From Acidobacteriota bacterium (GTDB taxonomy: Bacteria; Acidobacteriota; JAAYUB01), in the NCBI GenBank assembly GCA_029565065.1, contig JAKQOW010000095.1:5616-69615 (forward strand): a DNA stretch of 64,000 nt, in the 5' to 3' direction. Of the stretch, positions 45,777 through 58,120 are shown piece after piece. How positions within the stretch are numbered: the stretch's first letter is position 1; the number at the start of each line of letters is the position of its first letter. Under the pieces are notes generated by a model. It was not told the DNA's origin. It worked only from the letters and a program-made list of their open reading frames with translations, and did not search any database. The translations under genes were made by a program, and so were the position numbers.

Positions 45777-46205
45777 TCAGGCGCCTTCCACCGGGACAGC
45801 TTTCCGTGTCTGCTGCTTGCCCACCTCGATGGTGAGCACGCCGTCGCGGATGCTGGCGGTGACGCTGTCGGGCCGGATAGGGGTTTCGAACCGGAACACC
45901 CGGTAGCACTCGCCGAACTCCCGGCCCAACTGGTGAAAATGCTCCTGGGCGGCGTCCGGATACGGCTTCTTGAATCCCTTGACCTTGATGGCGTCCGCTT
46001 CCACGACCAGATCGATCTCATCCCGTCGGACACCGGGGATTTCGAGCAGGATGATGAACCGGTTCTCGGTCTCGAAGATGTCGCTCAAGGGCGTCCAGAC
46101 CATCGCGTCGGCCGGGAAGCAGTTGTGCTTCTCCCGGATCAGCCGCTGCATCCGGTTCTGGAGGTGGAACAGATCCTCGAAGTCGTCGAACGGTTTGATT
46201 TTCAT
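45777..46205 (-). CDS. Hsp20 / alpha-crystallin small heat-shock protein
   Basis: [29 protein letters not shown]...DGVLTIEV. Confidence 0.9.
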   Translation of the reverse strand: MKIKPFDDFEDLFHLQNRMQRLIREKHNCFPADAMVWTPLSDIFETENRFIILLEIPGVRRDEIDLVVEADAIKVKGFKKPYPDAAQEHFHQLGREFGECYRVFRFETPIRPDSVTASIRDGVLTIEVGKQQTRKAVPVEGA

Positions 46206-46250
46206 CGCGTCACCTCGCTCCCACCGCCGCTCTCTATCTTACATTCTCCA

Positions 46251-46280
46251 AATAAAAAAGCCAAGGCTCACCTTGGCTTT
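46251..46280 (-). terminator. Intrinsic terminator of the ribosomal protein superoperon
   Basis: AAAGCCAAGG-ctca-CCTTGGCTTT with upstream A run (U tract on minus). Confidence 0.8.
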
Positions 46281-46310
46281 GAGATGGCGATCGTCGGACG
46301 GGCGGGAGGA

Positions 46311-46847
46311 TCAGGATTCGGGCGTTTCCTCCGCCTTCGGCTTGCGGGCGCGGGGCGCCTTGGGCTTGGCTTCCTTCGGCTCCTTGGCCTTGGCGGCCTT
46401 GGCGGCCTTGGTGTCCTTCGCCTCGGCGGGCTCGGCGGCCTTCTTGGCCCGGCCCTTCCCCTTGGCGGGTTTCTTCTCGGTAGCGGCGAACTCGCTGCCC
46501 AGCAGCTCGATCAGGGCGATCTCGGCCTTGTCGCCGGTGCGGTACCCCAGCTTGATGATGCGGGTGTAGCCGCCGTTGCGGTCCGCAAACCGCGGGGCGA
46601 TCTCCTCGAAGAGCTTGTGGGCGACATCCTTCGTCTGGATGTAGGCCAGGATCTTCCGCCGGTCATGCAACGTGCCCCGCTTCCCGTCGGTGATCAGCTT
46701 CTCCACCACCGGGCGCAGCTCCTTGGCCTTGGGCAGGGTGGTGATGATCCGCTCCCGCTGGAAAAAGTCCGTGGCCAGGTTGCGCAGGAGGGCCCGGCGG
46801 TGCGATGTGGTTCGTCCCAGTTTGCGGCCTTCTTTACGGTGACGCAT
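46311..46847 (-). CDS. rplQ: 50S ribosomal protein L17 with Lys/Ala/Glu-rich C-terminal extension
   Basis: [23 protein letters not shown]...GGYTRIIK. Confidence 0.97.
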   Translation of the reverse strand: MRHRKEGRKLGRTTSHRRALLRNLATDFFQRERIITTLPKAKELRPVVEKLITDGKRGTLHDRRKILAYIQTKDVAHKLFEEIAPRFADRNGGYTRIIKLGYRTGDKAEIALIELLGSEFAATEKKPAKGKGRAKKAAEPAEAKDTKAAKAAKAKEPKEAKPKAPRARKPKAEETPES

Positions 46848-46867
46848 GGTGCAGCTCCTTCACTCCG

Positions 46868-47860
46868 TCATTTATCCATGGGTTTCCGGACGATCCGTCC
46901 GTTCTTGTCCAGGGCCATCCCGAGGGCGAGACCCATCTCGGTGAGCACTTCCTTGATCTCGTTGAGCGACTTCCGGCCGAAGTTCTTCGTCTTGAGCATC
47001 TCGGCTTCCGTCTTCTGGACCAGGTCGGAGATCGACTTGATCTCGGCGTTGCGCAGGCAGTTCTGCGCCCGCACGGACAGCTCCAGCTCCTCGACGGACT
47101 TCTGCAGGTACTCGTTGAGGACGTTCTCCTCCTCGGTGACCTCGACTTCGGTCTCCTCCGGCTCCTCCTCGAAGTTGATGAAGAGCATCAACTGGTCCTT
47201 CAGAATCTTGGCGGCCTGGCCGACGGCGTCGGCCGGCGTGACGGCCCCGTTGGTCCACACTTCCAGGACCAGCTTGTCGTAGTCGGTCGCCTGCCCGAGG
47301 CGGGCGGCCTCCACCTGGTAGTTCACCTTCTTGATCGGGGAGTGGACCGAGTCGAGGGGGATGTAGCCGATTTCCAGTTCCTCCTCGAAGTTGGCCTCCG
47401 CCGGCAGGTAGCCGCGGCTCATCTTGACGCGCAGTTCCATCTTGAGATGGCCGCCCTCGCCCAGCGTGGCGATGTGGACGCCCGGGTCCAGGATGACCAC
47501 CTCAGGGTCGGTCTTGATGTCGGCGGACGTGACCGTGGCCGGTCCCTCCACGTCGATGTAGACCGTCTTCACATTCTGGGTGTGCATCTGGAGGGGAATC
47601 TGCTTCAGGTTCAGGATAATGTCGGTGACGTCCTCCAGGACCCCCCGCATCGAGGAAAACTCGTGCAGCACGCCGTCGATCTTGACGGCGGTGATGGCCG
47701 CGCCCGGGATTGAGGACATCAGGATCCGCCGCAGGGAGTGGCCGATGGTGGTGCCGAAGCCCCGCTCAAACGGCTGGGCATGGAACTTGGTGTACGTCGC
47801 CGTGGCGGACTCGGCTTCGTGCATCAGCCGTTTCGGCTTTTGCAGTTTCGGTATCGTCAT
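46868..47860 (-). CDS. rpoA: RNA polymerase alpha subunit
   Basis: [46 protein letters not shown]. Confidence 0.98.
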   Translation of the reverse strand: MTIPKLQKPKRLMHEAESATATYTKFHAQPFERGFGTTIGHSLRRILMSSIPGAAITAVKIDGVLHEFSSMRGVLEDVTDIILNLKQIPLQMHTQNVKTVYIDVEGPATVTSADIKTDPEVVILDPGVHIATLGEGGHLKMELRVKMSRGYLPAEANFEEELEIGYIPLDSVHSPIKKVNYQVEAARLGQATDYDKLVLEVWTNGAVTPADAVGQAAKILKDQLMLFINFEEEPEETEVEVTEEENVLNEYLQKSVEELELSVRAQNCLRNAEIKSISDLVQKTEAEMLKTKNFGRKSLNEIKEVLTEMGLALGMALDKNGRIVRKPMDK

Positions 47861-47877
47861 GAATCAGGCCCTCCCGC

Positions 47878-48507
47878 TTATTTGGAGTACAGCTCGACGA
47901 TGAGCTGCTCGTTGATCTCCAGGTCGACGTTTTCCCGCTTGGGCAGTTCCAGCACCCGGACCTGGACGTTGTCCTTGTCCACGGACAGCCAGGACGGCAC
48001 GCCCCGGCTCAAGGCCATTTCGAGGTTGTTGAGCAAGAAGGCGTTTTTCCGGAAGCCCTCCGCCACGCCGATGACATCGTCCTTCTTGACCTGGAAAGAG
48101 GGGATGCTCATGCGCTTGCCGTTGACCTGGACGAGGCCATGGCGCACGAACTGCCGCCCCTGGGCCCGCGACGCGGCGTAGCCGCACCGGTAGACCACGT
48201 TGTCGAGCCGTCGCTCCAGCAGGGTGAGCAGCACCTCGCCGGTGACTCCCTTCTGCCGTTCGGCTTCCTGGAAATAGCGGCGGAACTGGGCCTCCAGCAC
48301 GCCGTAGATCCGTTTCACCTTCTGCTTCTCGCGAAGCTGCAGGCCGTAGCCCACGATCTTCTGCTTGCGGGTCCGGCCATGCTCGCCGGGCGGATAGGGC
48401 CGGCGCGCGACGGCGCAGGTGTCCTTGAAGCAGCGGTCTCCCTTCAGGAAAAGCTTGGTGCCCTCACGGCGGCACAGCCTACATACGGATTCTGTATATC
48501 TGGCCAC
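47878..48507 (-). CDS. rpsD: 30S ribosomal protein S4
   Basis: [37 protein letters not shown]. Confidence 0.98.
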   Translation of the reverse strand: MARYTESVCRLCRREGTKLFLKGDRCFKDTCAVARRPYPPGEHGRTRKQKIVGYGLQLREKQKVKRIYGVLEAQFRRYFQEAERQKGVTGEVLLTLLERRLDNVVYRCGYAASRAQGRQFVRHGLVQVNGKRMSIPSFQVKKDDVIGVAEGFRKNAFLLNNLEMALSRGVPSWLSVDKDNVQVRVLELPKRENVDLEINEQLIVELYSK

Positions 48508-48531
48508 GGCTGATCTCCTTCACAAAGTAGG

Positions 48532-48939
48532 TTAGACTCTCCGGCGCTTCTTGGGCCGGCATCCGTTATGGGGGATGGGCGTCACGTCGCGGATGGTGCG
48601 GATCCGCAGGCCGGCGAGGCTCAAGGCCCGGATGGCCGACTCACGGCCGGGGCCGGGGCCCTTCACTTCCACGTCGACTTCCCGCATGCCGTTGTCGTAC
48701 GCCAGCTTGGCCGCGGCCTCCGCCGCCTGCTGGGCCGCGAACGGCGTGCCCTTGCGCGAGCCCTTGAACCCGATGGATCCGCCGCTCGCGCACGCGACGG
48801 TATTGCCCACGGGGTCCGTCAGCGTCACGATGGTGTTATTGAACGTGGAATTGACGTGCGCCACGCCCTGGGCGACGACTTTCTTCACCTTCTTCCGGAG
48901 CGTCTTCTTGCCGGTGGGGGCTTTCGTTTCCTTCGCCAT
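48532..48939 (-). CDS. rpsK: 30S ribosomal protein S11
   Basis: [39 protein letters not shown]. Confidence 0.98.
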   Translation of the reverse strand: MAKETKAPTGKKTLRKKVKKVVAQGVAHVNSTFNNTIVTLTDPVGNTVACASGGSIGFKGSRKGTPFAAQQAAEAAAKLAYDNGMREVDVEVKGPGPGRESAIRALSLAGLRIRTIRDVTPIPHNGCRPKKRRRV

Positions 48940-48963
48940 GTCTCACTCCTGTCGTCCCTGCGA

Positions 48964-49320
48964 TTACTTCTTCTTCCGCCGCGGGCCCTTGCGGGTCCGG
49001 GCGTTGGTGTGGGTGCGCTGGCCGCGGACCGGCAGGCCCTTGCGGTGGCGCAGTCCCCGGTAGCAGCCGATGTCCATCAGGCGCTTGATGTTCATCGACG
49101 TTTCCTTGCGCAGGTCGCCCTCGTAGCCGCCCTCCTCGAGGAGGATGGCCCGAATCCGGGCGATCTCGTCTGCGCTCAGGTCCTTGACCTTTTTGGTATG
49201 ATCGATGCCCGCGCGTTCCAGGATCTCCATGGAACGGGACCTTCCGATCCCGAAAATGTGGGTCAGACCGATGAAGACATTCTTCTGGTCCGGCAGGTTG
49301 ACACCTTCGATTCTAGCCAA
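48964..49320 (-). CDS. rpsM: 30S ribosomal protein S13
   Basis: [35 protein letters not shown]; TTG start with GGAGG SD. Confidence 0.97.
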   Translation of the reverse strand: MARIEGVNLPDQKNVFIGLTHIFGIGRSRSMEILERAGIDHTKKVKDLSADEIARIRAILLEEGGYEGDLRKETSMNIKRLMDIGCYRGLRHRKGLPVRGQRTHTNARTRKGPRRKKK

Positions 49321-49345
49321 GATCGTCCTCCATCACTCCGGAATG

Positions 49346-49459
49346 CTAACCTTGTCTCTGCTTGTGCCGCTTGTTTTCACAAATGACACGCAGGACACCT
49401 TTCCGCTTGATTATTTTGCACTTCGGGCAAATCTTTTTTACCGACGCTCGCACCTTCAT
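49346..49459 (-). CDS. rpmJ: 50S ribosomal protein L36 (Zn-binding type)
   Basis: Hand translation [37 protein letters not shown]. Confidence 0.97.
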   Translation of the reverse strand: MKVRASVKKICPKCKIIKRKGVLRVICENKRHKQRQG

Positions 49460-49476
49460 GGATATTTCTCCCAAGA

Positions 49477-49695
49477 TTACTTGAAACGGTAAATGATCCG
49501 GCCGCGGCTCAGGTCGTACGGCGACAACTCCACCAGCACCTTGTCGCCGGGCAGGATCCGGATGAAGTTCTTCCGCATCTTCCCGGACACGTGGGCCAGC
49601 ACCACGTGCTTGTTTTCCAACTCCACCCGAAACATGGCGTTGGGCAACGTCTCAATGATCGATCCATTCAGTTCAAACGCGTCTTCTTTGGGCAT
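49477..49695 (-). CDS. infA: Translation initiation factor IF-1
   Basis: [10 protein letters not shown]...[17 protein letters not shown]...[10 protein letters not shown]. Confidence 0.98.
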   Translation of the reverse strand: MPKEDAFELNGSIIETLPNAMFRVELENKHVVLAHVSGKMRKNFIRILPGDKVLVELSPYDLSRGRIIYRFK

Positions 49696-49707
49696 GGACT
49701 CCTCGAA

Positions 49708-50457
49708 TTACTCACCCAGCCGAGTCAAGATCTCCGGCCCGTCGTCGGTGACCAGGATCGTGTGCTCGAAGTGGGCCGAGTAGCCGCCGTCCACCGTCAC
49801 CGCCGTCCATCGGTCGGACAGTATGCGCACGTGGGGCGTGTACTCGTTCACCATCGGCTCCAGCGCCAGCAGCATGCCGGCCTTGAGCAGCGGCCCCTGG
49901 CCCGGCGGCCCGAAGTTGGGCAGCTGCGGCTCCTCGTGGAGCTGGGCGCCGATGCCGTGCCCGACGAAATCCCGCACTACGGCGAAACCGAACCGCTCCA
50001 CGTGACTCTGGACCGCGTGGGAGATGTCGCTCAGCCGGTTGCCGGCGCGGGCCTGGGCGATGCCCTTGTAGAGCGATCCCTCGGTCACCTCGGCCAGCAG
50101 GCGGTGCTTCTCGGACACCTCGCCCATGAGCAGCGTGACTGCCCCGTCGCCGTAGAAGCCGTCGTACACGGCCCCCACGTCCACGCTCAGCAGGTCGCCG
50201 TTCTTGAGCACGTACCCGGACGGGATGCCGTGGACGATCTGGTCGTTGACCGACGTGCAAAGCGTCTTGGGGTACCCCTGGTAGCCCTTGAACGCGGGCA
50301 GGCAACCCTGGGCCCGGATGTACGCCTCGGCCAGAACGTCCAGCTCGGCGGTAGTCGCGCCGGGCCGGGCGTGCTCGCGGAGTTGCTGCAGGACCTCGGC
50401 GACCACCCGGCAGGCCCGTCGAACCTTTTCGATCTGGGCGGCCGACTTGATCATCAT
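49708..50457 (-). CDS. map: Methionine aminopeptidase type I
   Basis: CTSVNDQIVHGIP, FVGHGIG, LHEEP, SAHFEHT. Confidence 0.97.
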   Translation of the reverse strand: MMIKSAAQIEKVRRACRVVAEVLQQLREHARPGATTAELDVLAEAYIRAQGCLPAFKGYQGYPKTLCTSVNDQIVHGIPSGYVLKNGDLLSVDVGAVYDGFYGDGAVTLLMGEVSEKHRLLAEVTEGSLYKGIAQARAGNRLSDISHAVQSHVERFGFAVVRDFVGHGIGAQLHEEPQLPNFGPPGQGPLLKAGMLLALEPMVNEYTPHVRILSDRWTAVTVDGGYSAHFEHTILVTDDGPEILTRLGE

Positions 50458-51095
50458 CCCGCCAGCACCCGCCGGATTTGCTCAAAGAGCGGCTCAATGT
50501 CCAGGCTGCCGTCCAGGCGGACCAGCGTCCCCTGCGCGGCGTAGTGCGCCGTCAGCGGTTCCGTGTGCTGCCGGTACACCGCCAGCCGGTTCCGCACCAC
50601 GTCCTCGCGGTCGTCGTCCCGCTGGACCAGGGCGCCGCCGCACCGGTCGCACCGGTCTTCCTCGGCGGGCGGCGTGAAGAACACGTTGTAGATCGCCCCG
50701 CACCCCGCGCAATTCCGCCGGCCGGTCAGCCGCCGGATCAGCAGCTCGTCGGACACATCAAAGAACAGAACCGTTTCCCGAAAGGCGCCGGCCAGTCCGG
50801 CCAGCGCCCGGGCCTGCTCCACCGTCCGGGGGAATCCGTCCAGAGTGCACCCCCCGGCGCAATCGGACTCCTGGAGCCGCTCCCGGATGATGCCGATGAC
50901 CACGTCATCGGGCACCAACGCCCCCCGGTCCATGGCTGCCTTGGCCGCCAGGCCCAGCGGGGTGCCGCGGCGCACCGCGTCCCGGAGGATGTCTCCGGTG
51001 GAGATCTGCGGATAGCCATACGCCTCGGCGATCCGTTTCGCCTGGGTGCCCTTCCCGGAACCGGGGGCACCGAGCAGTATGACCATCCGCGCCAT
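50454..51095 (-). CDS. adk: Adenylate kinase
   Basis: GAPGSGKGTQA, ISTGDILR, LDGFPRT, Zn-type LID CxxC...CxxC. Confidence 0.97.
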   Translation of the reverse strand: MARMVILLGAPGSGKGTQAKRIAEAYGYPQISTGDILRDAVRRGTPLGLAAKAAMDRGALVPDDVVIGIIRERLQESDCAGGCTLDGFPRTVEQARALAGLAGAFRETVLFFDVSDELLIRRLTGRRNCAGCGAIYNVFFTPPAEEDRCDRCGGALVQRDDDREDVVRNRLAVYRQHTEPLTAHYAAQGTLVRLDGSLDIEPLFEQIRRVLAG

Positions 51096-51096
51096 C

Positions 51097-52497
51097 TTAT
51101 CCTCGCCGGCCGCGAATCCGGCCGCGCTTCAAAAACCCGTCGTAGTGGCGCATGATGAGCTGGGACTCGATCTGGTTGACCGTGTCCATCGCCACGCCGA
51201 CCACGATCAGCAGCGATGTGCCGCCGAAGTAGAACGTCACGCCCAGACCCTGGGTGATGAACTCGGGCAGCGAATCATGCAGCCAATCGCCCACCCAGGG
51301 GAACGCCGCCACCCGGATGCCGCTGATGAGGAAGTCGGGGAGCAGCGATACCACCACCAGGTAGATGCCGGCGGCGAAGGTCATCCGGGTCATGATCTTG
51401 TCAATGAGTTCGGCGGTGGGCTTGCCCGGCCGGATGCCGGGAATGGAGCCGCCGAATTTGCGGATGTTGTCCGCCACCTCGTTCGGATTGTAGATGATGC
51501 CCACGTAGAAGAAGGTGAAGAAGATGATCCCCAGCGCGTAGAACAGGATGTAGAGCGGGTAGCCGTGGGAGAGCTGCTCGGAGATCTTCTCCATCCACGA
51601 CGCCTTGACCATGAACTTCAGTGTCTGGGGGAGCGCCAGGAGCGACGCGGCGAAGATGATCGGGATGACCCCGCCCGCGTTGACCCGCAGCGGCAGGAAG
51701 GTGCTCTGGCCGCCGTACACCTTGCGGCCCACCATCCGCTTGGCGTACTGGATGGGGATCTTGCGCTGGCCGCGCTCCACAAAGACCACGAAGGCGATCA
51801 CCACGACCATCAGGGCGACGAGCACCAGCACCTGGATCAGGGCGCCGTCGGTGACCTTCTTGATCATCCAGGCCACGCCGTCGGGCAGGCCGGTCACGAT
51901 GCCGGCGAAGATGATCAGCGAGATGCCGTTGCCGATGCCGCGCTCGGAGATCTGCTCACCCAGCCACATGATGAAGGCTGTGCCGGTGGTCAGAGTCAGG
52001 ATGGTGAGCAGCTTGAACCCGAGCCCGGGATTCAGGACGATGGGCTGGTTGGCCGAGATGCTGGTCTGCTCCAGGAAGAAGGCGGTGGCCAGCGACTGGA
52101 AGACGCTGAGCACGATGGTGAGGTACCGCGTGTACTGGGTGATCTTCTTGCGACCCAGTTCGCCTTCCTTCGACAGGCGCTCCAGGTACGGCCAGACGAT
52201 GGTCAGCAACTGGAGGATAATGGAGGCCGTGATGTAGGGCATGATGCCCTGGGCGAAAATCGAGAAGCGCCGCAGATTGCCGCCCGTGAACAGGTCGAGA
52301 AAGCCCACCAGCGAACCGCCGGCCTGAGAGGTGAAAAACTCCTCCAGGGCGGTGGCATCGACGCCGGGAGTCGGGATCCAGGATCCGACGCGGTAGACGG
52401 CCAGCATGGCCAGCATGAACAGGATCCGGTTCCGCAACTCCGGGATGGCGAAGATGTTCTTGAAAGACTCGAGGATGCGAGTCTCGCCGTTAGCCAT
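51097..52497 (-). CDS. secY: Preprotein translocase SecY
   Basis: [47 protein letters not shown]. Confidence 0.98.
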   Translation of the reverse strand: MANGETRILESFKNIFAIPELRNRILFMLAMLAVYRVGSWIPTPGVDATALEEFFTSQAGGSLVGFLDLFTGGNLRRFSIFAQGIMPYITASIILQLLTIVWPYLERLSKEGELGRKKITQYTRYLTIVLSVFQSLATAFFLEQTSISANQPIVLNPGLGFKLLTILTLTTGTAFIMWLGEQISERGIGNGISLIIFAGIVTGLPDGVAWMIKKVTDGALIQVLVLVALMVVVIAFVVFVERGQRKIPIQYAKRMVGRKVYGGQSTFLPLRVNAGGVIPIIFAASLLALPQTLKFMVKASWMEKISEQLSHGYPLYILFYALGIIFFTFFYVGIIYNPNEVADNIRKFGGSIPGIRPGKPTAELIDKIMTRMTFAAGIYLVVVSLLPDFLISGIRVAAFPWVGDWLHDSLPEFITQGLGVTFYFGGTSLLIVVGVAMDTVNQIESQLIMRHYDGFLKRGRIRGRRG

Positions 52498-52942
52498 TGA
52501 TGACCTCGACTTTGCCACCGGCCGCCGCGATGCTCTCGGCAGCGGTGCGGCTGAATTTGTGCGCCCGGACGGTGAGCTTCTTCTGGATCTTTCCGTTGCC
52601 CAGCACCTTGACGTCGTGCTTCAGGTTCCGGATCACCCCCGCCTCGGCGAGCAGCTCGGGAGTCACCACCGTGCCGGCATCGAACCGGTTCAGCGCCGCC
52701 AGGTTGATGATGGCGTATTCCTTCTTGAAGATGTTGGTGAAACCCACCTTCGGCAGGCGGCGGTACAGGGGCATCTGGCCGCCCTCAAAGCCGATCTTGT
52801 GCGAATAGCCGGAACGCGACCGCTGGCCCTTGTAGCCGCGGCCGGCGGTCTTGCCGTTGCCGGACCCGGGCCCCTGGCCCCGCCGCTTGCTCGGCCGGTT
52901 GGCGCCGGCGTTCCGCTTCAGGTTATGCAAGCCGATTCCCAT
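52490..52942 (-). CDS. rplO: 50S ribosomal protein L15
   Basis: [12 protein letters not shown]...[18 protein letters not shown]. Confidence 0.97.
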   Translation of the reverse strand: MGIGLHNLKRNAGANRPSKRRGQGPGSGNGKTAGRGYKGQRSRSGYSHKIGFEGGQMPLYRRLPKVGFTNIFKKEYAIINLAALNRFDAGTVVTPELLAEAGVIRNLKHDVKVLGNGKIQKKLTVRAHKFSRTAAESIAAAGGKVEVING

Positions 52943-52952
52943 GATCTCACCT

Positions 52953-53162
52953 TCAACCGATGATTTTGACCAGGTGGGGGATCTTGGCCACCATCCCCCG
53001 GATCGCGGGCGTGTCGTCCCGCTCGACCACCTGGTTGAGTTTGCGCAGACCCAGACTCTTGAGCACGAGCCGCTGGCTCTCGGGGGTCCCGATCATGCTG
53101 CGCACGTACTGGACGCGGATGGTCTTCTTGGCTTCGGCCTTCTTGGCGGTTCGGGCGCTCAT
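52953..53162 (-). CDS. rpmD: 50S ribosomal protein L30
   Basis: RSMIG...[10 protein letters not shown]...[12 protein letters not shown]. Confidence 0.96.
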   Translation of the reverse strand: MSARTAKKAEAKKTIRVQYVRSMIGTPESQRLVLKSLGLRKLNQVVERDDTPAIRGMVAKIPHLVKIIG

Positions 53163-53671
53163 GACGTGAACTCCTCGACGGACTTGCCGCGCTTGCGGGC
53201 CACGTGCTCCACCTTCTTCAGGCTGTTCAGACCCTGGATCGCGGCCCGGATGACGTTATGCGGATTCTTGGTGCCCAGCGACTTGGTCAGAATGTTGTGG
53301 ATGCCCGCGGCCTCCATGACCGCCCGCACCCCGCCGCCGGCGATGACGCCGGTGCCCGGACCCGCCGGCTTCAGGACCACCAGCGCCGAACCGAACCGTC
53401 CCATGATGGCGTGGGGGATGGAGGTGCCCTTCATCGGAACCTGGACCATGTGACGCTTGGCCTGTTCGATCCCCTTCCGGATGGCCTGGGGGACTTCCTT
53501 GGCCTTGCCCTTGCCGAAGCCCACACTGCCGTGGCCGTCGCCGACCACAACCAGGGCGCTGAAGCTCAGGTTCTTGCCGCCCTTCACGACTTTCGTCACG
53601 CGGTTGATGGAAACCACCCGCTCGATGAATTCGGCTTCTTCGGTGTTAAATTGGTTGTCCTTGATAGTCAC
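53159..53671 (-). CDS. rpsE: 30S ribosomal protein S5
   Basis: [27 protein letters not shown]; start codon approximate. Confidence 0.96.
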   Translation of the reverse strand: MTIKDNQFNTEEAEFIERVVSINRVTKVVKGGKNLSFSALVVVGDGHGSVGFGKGKAKEVPQAIRKGIEQAKRHMVQVPMKGTSIPHAIMGRFGSALVVLKPAGPGTGVIAGGGVRAVMEAAGIHNILTKSLGTKNPHNVIRAAIQGLNSLKKVEHVARKRGKSVEEFTS

Positions 53672-53687
53672 GACATTCCACCCCACG

Positions 53688-54056
53688 TTAGAATTTCAGC
53701 CCCGCCTCGCGGGCGGCTTCGGCCAGGTTCTTTACCCGACCGTGGTAGATGTACCCACCCCGGTCGAACACGACCTGGGCCACACCCTTGGCCAGGGCCC
53801 GCTGGGCGACCAGCTGCCCCACTTTCTTGGCGGCATCGATGTTACTGCCCTTGGCCACCGCTTCGCGGAGTTCCTTGTCAACGGTCGAGGCCGACACGAT
53901 GGTCTGGCCGTTCGAGTCGTCGATGACCTGGGCGTAGATATGCTTCAGGCTCCGGAAGACACACAGGCGAGGCCGGTCGGTGGTGCCACTGACCTTGGTC
54001 CGCACCCGGACGTGCTTCTTGAGATGGCGTTCCATTCGCGATTTGACTTTAAACAT
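53688..54056 (-). CDS. rplR: 50S ribosomal protein L18
   Basis: [16 protein letters not shown]...[12 protein letters not shown]...REAGLKF. Confidence 0.97.
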   Translation of the reverse strand: MFKVKSRMERHLKKHVRVRTKVSGTTDRPRLCVFRSLKHIYAQVIDDSNGQTIVSASTVDKELREAVAKGSNIDAAKKVGQLVAQRALAKGVAQVVFDRGGYIYHGRVKNLAEAAREAGLKF

Positions 54057-54080
54057 GCTGTCACCCGCTCGTTAGTAGTC

Positions 54081-54641
54081 TTAAGCCGTCTTCTTGCTTT
54101 CCTTGAGCTTGATGGTCTCGTCGGAATACCGGATCCCCTTCCCCTTGTAGGAATCGGGTTTGCGGAAACCGCGGATCTCCGAGGCCACCTGGCCGACCTG
54201 CTGCTTGTCGATCCCCTCGACGGTGATGGTCGCGACGTAATTGTTCAGTTTCTTCGGACCCTTCTCCGCCTTGATCTGGATCCCGGCGGGGATGGGGTAC
54301 TCGATCAGGTGGGAGTAACCGAGGGTCAGCACCAGTTTCTTTCCCTGGACCTCGGCCTTGTACCCGATCCCGATCACGTCCAGCTCGCGGCGGAAGCCGG
54401 CGGACGTGCCGGTGACCATGTTGTTGACGAGGCTGCGGACCAGCCCGTGAACGGTGCGTTGCTGCTTGGAGTCATCCCGGCGGGCGACGTGGATCGCGCC
54501 GTCCTTGACTTCGCAGGTGATCCCGTCCGGGCAGGCCTGCTGCAGGGCGCCCTTGGGTCCCTTGACTTCGATCACGCCGCCCTTGATCTGGAAGGATACG
54601 CCGGACGGCAGCTTGATGGGTTTTTTTCCGATTCTCGACAT
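54081..54641 (-). CDS. rplF: 50S ribosomal protein L6
   Basis: [22 protein letters not shown]. Confidence 0.97.
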   Translation of the reverse strand: MSRIGKKPIKLPSGVSFQIKGGVIEVKGPKGALQQACPDGITCEVKDGAIHVARRDDSKQQRTVHGLVRSLVNNMVTGTSAGFRRELDVIGIGYKAEVQGKKLVLTLGYSHLIEYPIPAGIQIKAEKGPKKLNNYVATITVEGIDKQQVGQVASEIRGFRKPDSYKGKGIRYSDETIKLKESKKTA

Positions 54642-54664
54642 GGTATGAACCACTCCATCCGTAA

Positions 54665-55063
54665 TCAGAATACGGTGCAGATCACTTCGCCACCCACGCC
54701 CTGCTTGCGGGCGTCCGCGGCGGTCATGATCCCTTTGGACGTCGACACGATGGCCACGCCCAGTCCGCCGAGCACCTCGGGCAGTTCGTCCGAGGCCTTG
54801 TAGACGCGGCGGCCGGGGGTGCTCACCCGCTTGATCTCTTCGATGACGGGCGTGCCATCCGTTTCATATTTCAAGGCGATGTGGATGTCTTCCATCTTGC
54901 CGCGCCGCTTGGTGATGAAATCCTCGACATACCCTTCCTGTTTGAGGATCTCCACCAGGCGGTGAACCAGCTTCGACTTCGGCAGCACCACGACAAAATG
55001 CTTCGCCTGGAGCGCATTCCGGATCTTGGTCAGGGCATTGGCAATGGGGTCCGACACACTCAT
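54665..55063 (-). CDS. rpsH: 30S ribosomal protein S8
   Basis: [32 protein letters not shown]. Confidence 0.97.
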   Translation of the reverse strand: MSVSDPIANALTKIRNALQAKHFVVVLPKSKLVHRLVEILKQEGYVEDFITKRRGKMEDIHIALKYETDGTPVIEEIKRVSTPGRRVYKASDELPEVLGGLGVAIVSTSKGIMTAADARKQGVGGEVICTVF

Positions 55064-55085
55064 GGCATTACTCCCGGATCAGTGA

Positions 55086-55271
55086 TCACCAGCTGGCCTT
55101 GATGACGCCGGGGATTTCGCCACCCAGCGCCAGGTCGCGAAGGCACAACCGGCAGAGTTCAAATTTGCGAAAGTACGCCCGCGGACGGCCGCAGCGTTTG
55201 CAGCGGTTCCGGGTGCGCACCTGAAATTTCGGCTTGCGTTGCGATTTGACAATCAGACATTTCCGTGCCAC
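55086..55271 (-). CDS. rpsN: 30S ribosomal protein S14 (type Z, Zn-binding)
   Basis: [21 protein letters not shown]...IPGVIKASW. Confidence 0.97.
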   Translation of the reverse strand: MARKCLIVKSQRKPKFQVRTRNRCKRCGRPRAYFRKFELCRLCLRDLALGGEIPGVIKASW

Positions 55272-55286
55272 GGCAAAGCTCCTCGT

Positions 55287-55838
55287 CTAGTTTTTGCTGA
55301 ACGGCATGCCCATGAGCCGCAACAGCTCGCGGGCCTCTTCATCCGAACGGGCGGTGGTGACGATGGTGATGTTCATCCCGCGGGCCTTGTCCACCTTGCC
55401 ATAATCGATCTCGGGGAAGATCAGCTGGTCCTTCAGGCCCAGGGTGTAGTTGCCCCGGCCGTCGAAGGAACGGGGGCTGACCCCCTTGAAGTCGCGCACC
55501 CGCGGCAGGGCCACGTTGACCAGGCGGTCGAGGAACTCGAACATCCGGTCGCGCCGGAGCGTGACGCAGCAGCCGATGGGCATCCCCTTGCGCAGCTTGA
55601 AGCTGGAGATGGGCTTCTTGGCCTTGGTGATGACGGGCTTCTGGCCGGCGATGTCGGTGAGCTCATCCACCGCCACGTCCATGACCTTGGGGTTCTTGAT
55701 GGTTTCACCCATCCCCATGTTGATGACGATTTTCTCGAGACGGGGGACGGCCATCACGTTCGAGTACTCGAAGCGCTTGCGGAGGGCGTCCACCACCTCG
55801 GTGCGGTACTTCTCTTTCAAACGGCTAGTGTATTTCAT
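55287..55838 (-). CDS. rplE: 50S ribosomal protein L5
   Basis: [31 protein letters not shown]. Confidence 0.97.
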   Translation of the reverse strand: MKYTSRLKEKYRTEVVDALRKRFEYSNVMAVPRLEKIVINMGMGETIKNPKVMDVAVDELTDIAGQKPVITKAKKPISSFKLRKGMPIGCCVTLRRDRMFEFLDRLVNVALPRVRDFKGVSPRSFDGRGNYTLGLKDQLIFPEIDYGKVDKARGMNITIVTTARSDEEARELLRLMGMPFSKN

Positions 55839-55846
55839 ATCCATCC

Positions 55847-56173
55847 TCACGATTCGATCGTGGTGTTGCACTTCTTGCACACCCGGGCGGACTTGCCGTC
55901 GCTGAGCCGGGTCCGGCCGACGCGGGTGGGCTTGTTGCAGGCGGGGCACACCAGCTGGACCTTCGACACGGGCATGGCCCCTTCCTTCTGCACGATCCCG
56001 CCCTTGATCTGCTTCTGCGGATTGGGCCGGACGTGCTCATACAGCTGGTTGAGCTTTTCCACAATGATCTGTCCCTTGTCGGGATCCACATGGATCACCC
56101 GGCCGGTCTTGCCTTTGTCCTTGCCGGTGCGGACGTACACGGTGTCATTGCGGCGAATGTTGAGCTTGGGCAT
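55847..56173 (-). CDS. rplX: 50S ribosomal protein L24
   Basis: [16 protein letters not shown]. Confidence 0.96.
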   Translation of the reverse strand: MPKLNIRRNDTVYVRTGKDKGKTGRVIHVDPDKGQIIVEKLNQLYEHVRPNPQKQIKGGIVQKEGAMPVSKVQLVCPACNKPTRVGRTRLSDGKSARVCKKCNTTIES

Positions 56174-56186
56174 GACGCTATCCTCG

Positions 56187-56555
56187 TTACAGAACTTCGG
56201 GCGCGAGCGACACGATCTTCATGAACTTGCGGTCGCGCAACTCGCGGGCGATGGGGCCGAACACGCGGGTGCCCACCGGCTCGCCCTGGTTGTTGATGAT
56301 CACAGCCGCGTTCTCGTCGAACCGGATGTAGGTCCCGTCGCGGCGCCGGAATTCCTTCCGCACCCGGACGATCACCGCCTTGACCACCTGGCCCTTCTTC
56401 ACCGTGCCGTCCGGGCTGGCCAGCTTGACGGTCGCCGAGATCACATCGCCGAGGGTCGCCCGGGTCTGGGCGGCGCCGTGCTGGGGCGTGATGGCCATGA
56501 TCTCCTTGGCCCCTGAGTTATCGGCCACTTTCAGCATGGTCCGCATCTGAATCAT
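56187..56555 (-). CDS. rplN: 50S ribosomal protein L14
   Basis: [32 protein letters not shown]. Confidence 0.98.
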   Translation of the reverse strand: MIQMRTMLKVADNSGAKEIMAITPQHGAAQTRATLGDVISATVKLASPDGTVKKGQVVKAVIVRVRKEFRRRDGTYIRFDENAAVIINNQGEPVGTRVFGPIARELRDRKFMKIVSLAPEVL

Positions 56556-56567
56556 GATGGCTTCTCC

Positions 56568-56831
56568 TTACTTGGCCTTCTCGATGATCTCGATGACTCT
56601 CCAGCGTTTCCGCCGGCTGAGCGGCCGGCATTCCATGATCCGGACCTTGTCGCCCACGTTGCAGGCGCCCGCTTCGTCATGAGCCATGAATTTGCTGGTT
56701 CGGCGGACGATCTTCTTGACCGCCGGGTGCTGGTAGAACCGGTCCACCGAAACCACCACGGTTTTCTGCATGGCGTTGCTGGTGACGGTGCCGATCTTCT
56801 CGTTCTTCCGGGTTACACTCTGGTTTTCCAT
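56568..56831 (-). CDS. rpsQ: 30S ribosomal protein S17
   Basis: [22 protein letters not shown]. Confidence 0.97.
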   Translation of the reverse strand: MENQSVTRKNEKIGTVTSNAMQKTVVVSVDRFYQHPAVKKIVRRTSKFMAHDEAGACNVGDKVRIMECRPLSRRKRWRVIEIIEKAK

Positions 56832-56846
56832 TGCCGCACTTCCGCT

Positions 56847-57044
56847 CTACTGTTGATTGGATTTCTCACGGATGAGGGTCTTCACCCGGGCCAACTCGCG
56901 CTTGACCGCGGACAGGACTCTCACATTGGTCAGCTGGCCGGCGGCCAGCTCCATCCGGTTTTTAAACACCTGCTGGGCGAGGCGCCGCTCTTCTTCGCGC
57001 AGCTCAACCAGCGACTTGTCTCTGAGTTCAGACGTTTTCGCCAT
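56847..57044 (-). CDS. rpmC: 50S ribosomal protein L29
   Basis: MAKTSELRDKS...GQLTNV...KRELARVKT; position between rplP and rpsQ. Confidence 0.93.
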   Translation of the reverse strand: MAKTSELRDKSLVELREEERRLAQQVFKNRMELAAGQLTNVRVLSAVKRELARVKTLIREKSNQQ

Positions 57045-57046
57045 GG

Positions 57047-57460
<414 letters not shown>

Positions 57461-57463
57461 GAC

Positions 57464-58117
57464 TTACTTCTCCACCGCGGGGAGGTGATCCTTCTTCAGC
57501 CGTTCCCCTTTGTAGATCCAGACCTTGATGCCGATGGTGCCATAGGTGGTGAACGCCTGGGCGAAGCCGTAGTCGATGTCCGCCTTGAGGGTGTGCAGCG
57601 GCAGCTGGCCGGTGAGGTACCACTCGGAGCGGGCGATCTCCACGCCGTTCAACCGTCCGGAGCAGCGGATCTTGACGCCCAGGGCCCCGTTCTTGGTGGC
57701 GGAGTCGACGGCCCGCTTCATGGCGCGGCGGAAGGCGATGCGCTTCTCGAGCTGGAGCCCGATGGCCTCGGCCACGAGTTGGGAATCGAGTTCGGGATTC
57801 TTGACCTCGACGGCCTTGATGTCCACGTCATGGCCGGTGGACTTGCTGAGCTCGCCCCGCAGCTTGTCGATTTCCTTGCCCTTCTTGCCGATCAGGATGC
57901 CCGGCCGGGCGGCGTAGATGAACACGTTGAGCTTGTCCGCCGCGCGCTCGATCTCGATCCGGCTGATTCCGGCGTGGTAGAACTTCGACTTCAGGGCCTT
58001 CTTGATCTTGAGATCCTCGTTGAGCAGCTTGCCGAAGCTCTTCTTCTCGTACCACCGGGACTTCCAAGTCTTGTTGTAGCCCAGCCGGAAACCATATGGG
58101 TGTACTTTCTGGCCCAA
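57464..58117 (-). CDS. rpsC: 30S ribosomal protein S3
   Basis: [33 protein letters not shown]; TTG start. Confidence 0.98.
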   Translation of the reverse strand: MGQKVHPYGFRLGYNKTWKSRWYEKKSFGKLLNEDLKIKKALKSKFYHAGISRIEIERAADKLNVFIYAARPGILIGKKGKEIDKLRGELSKSTGHDVDIKAVEVKNPELDSQLVAEAIGLQLEKRIAFRRAMKRAVDSATKNGALGVKIRCSGRLNGVEIARSEWYLTGQLPLHTLKADIDYGFAQAFTTYGTIGIKVWIYKGERLKKDHLPAVEK

Positions 58118-58120
58118 GGT

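Noticed and set aside
46311-46480. Lys/Ala/Glu-rich tail of L17
   Set aside because: Such extensions are common in several phyla; not novel
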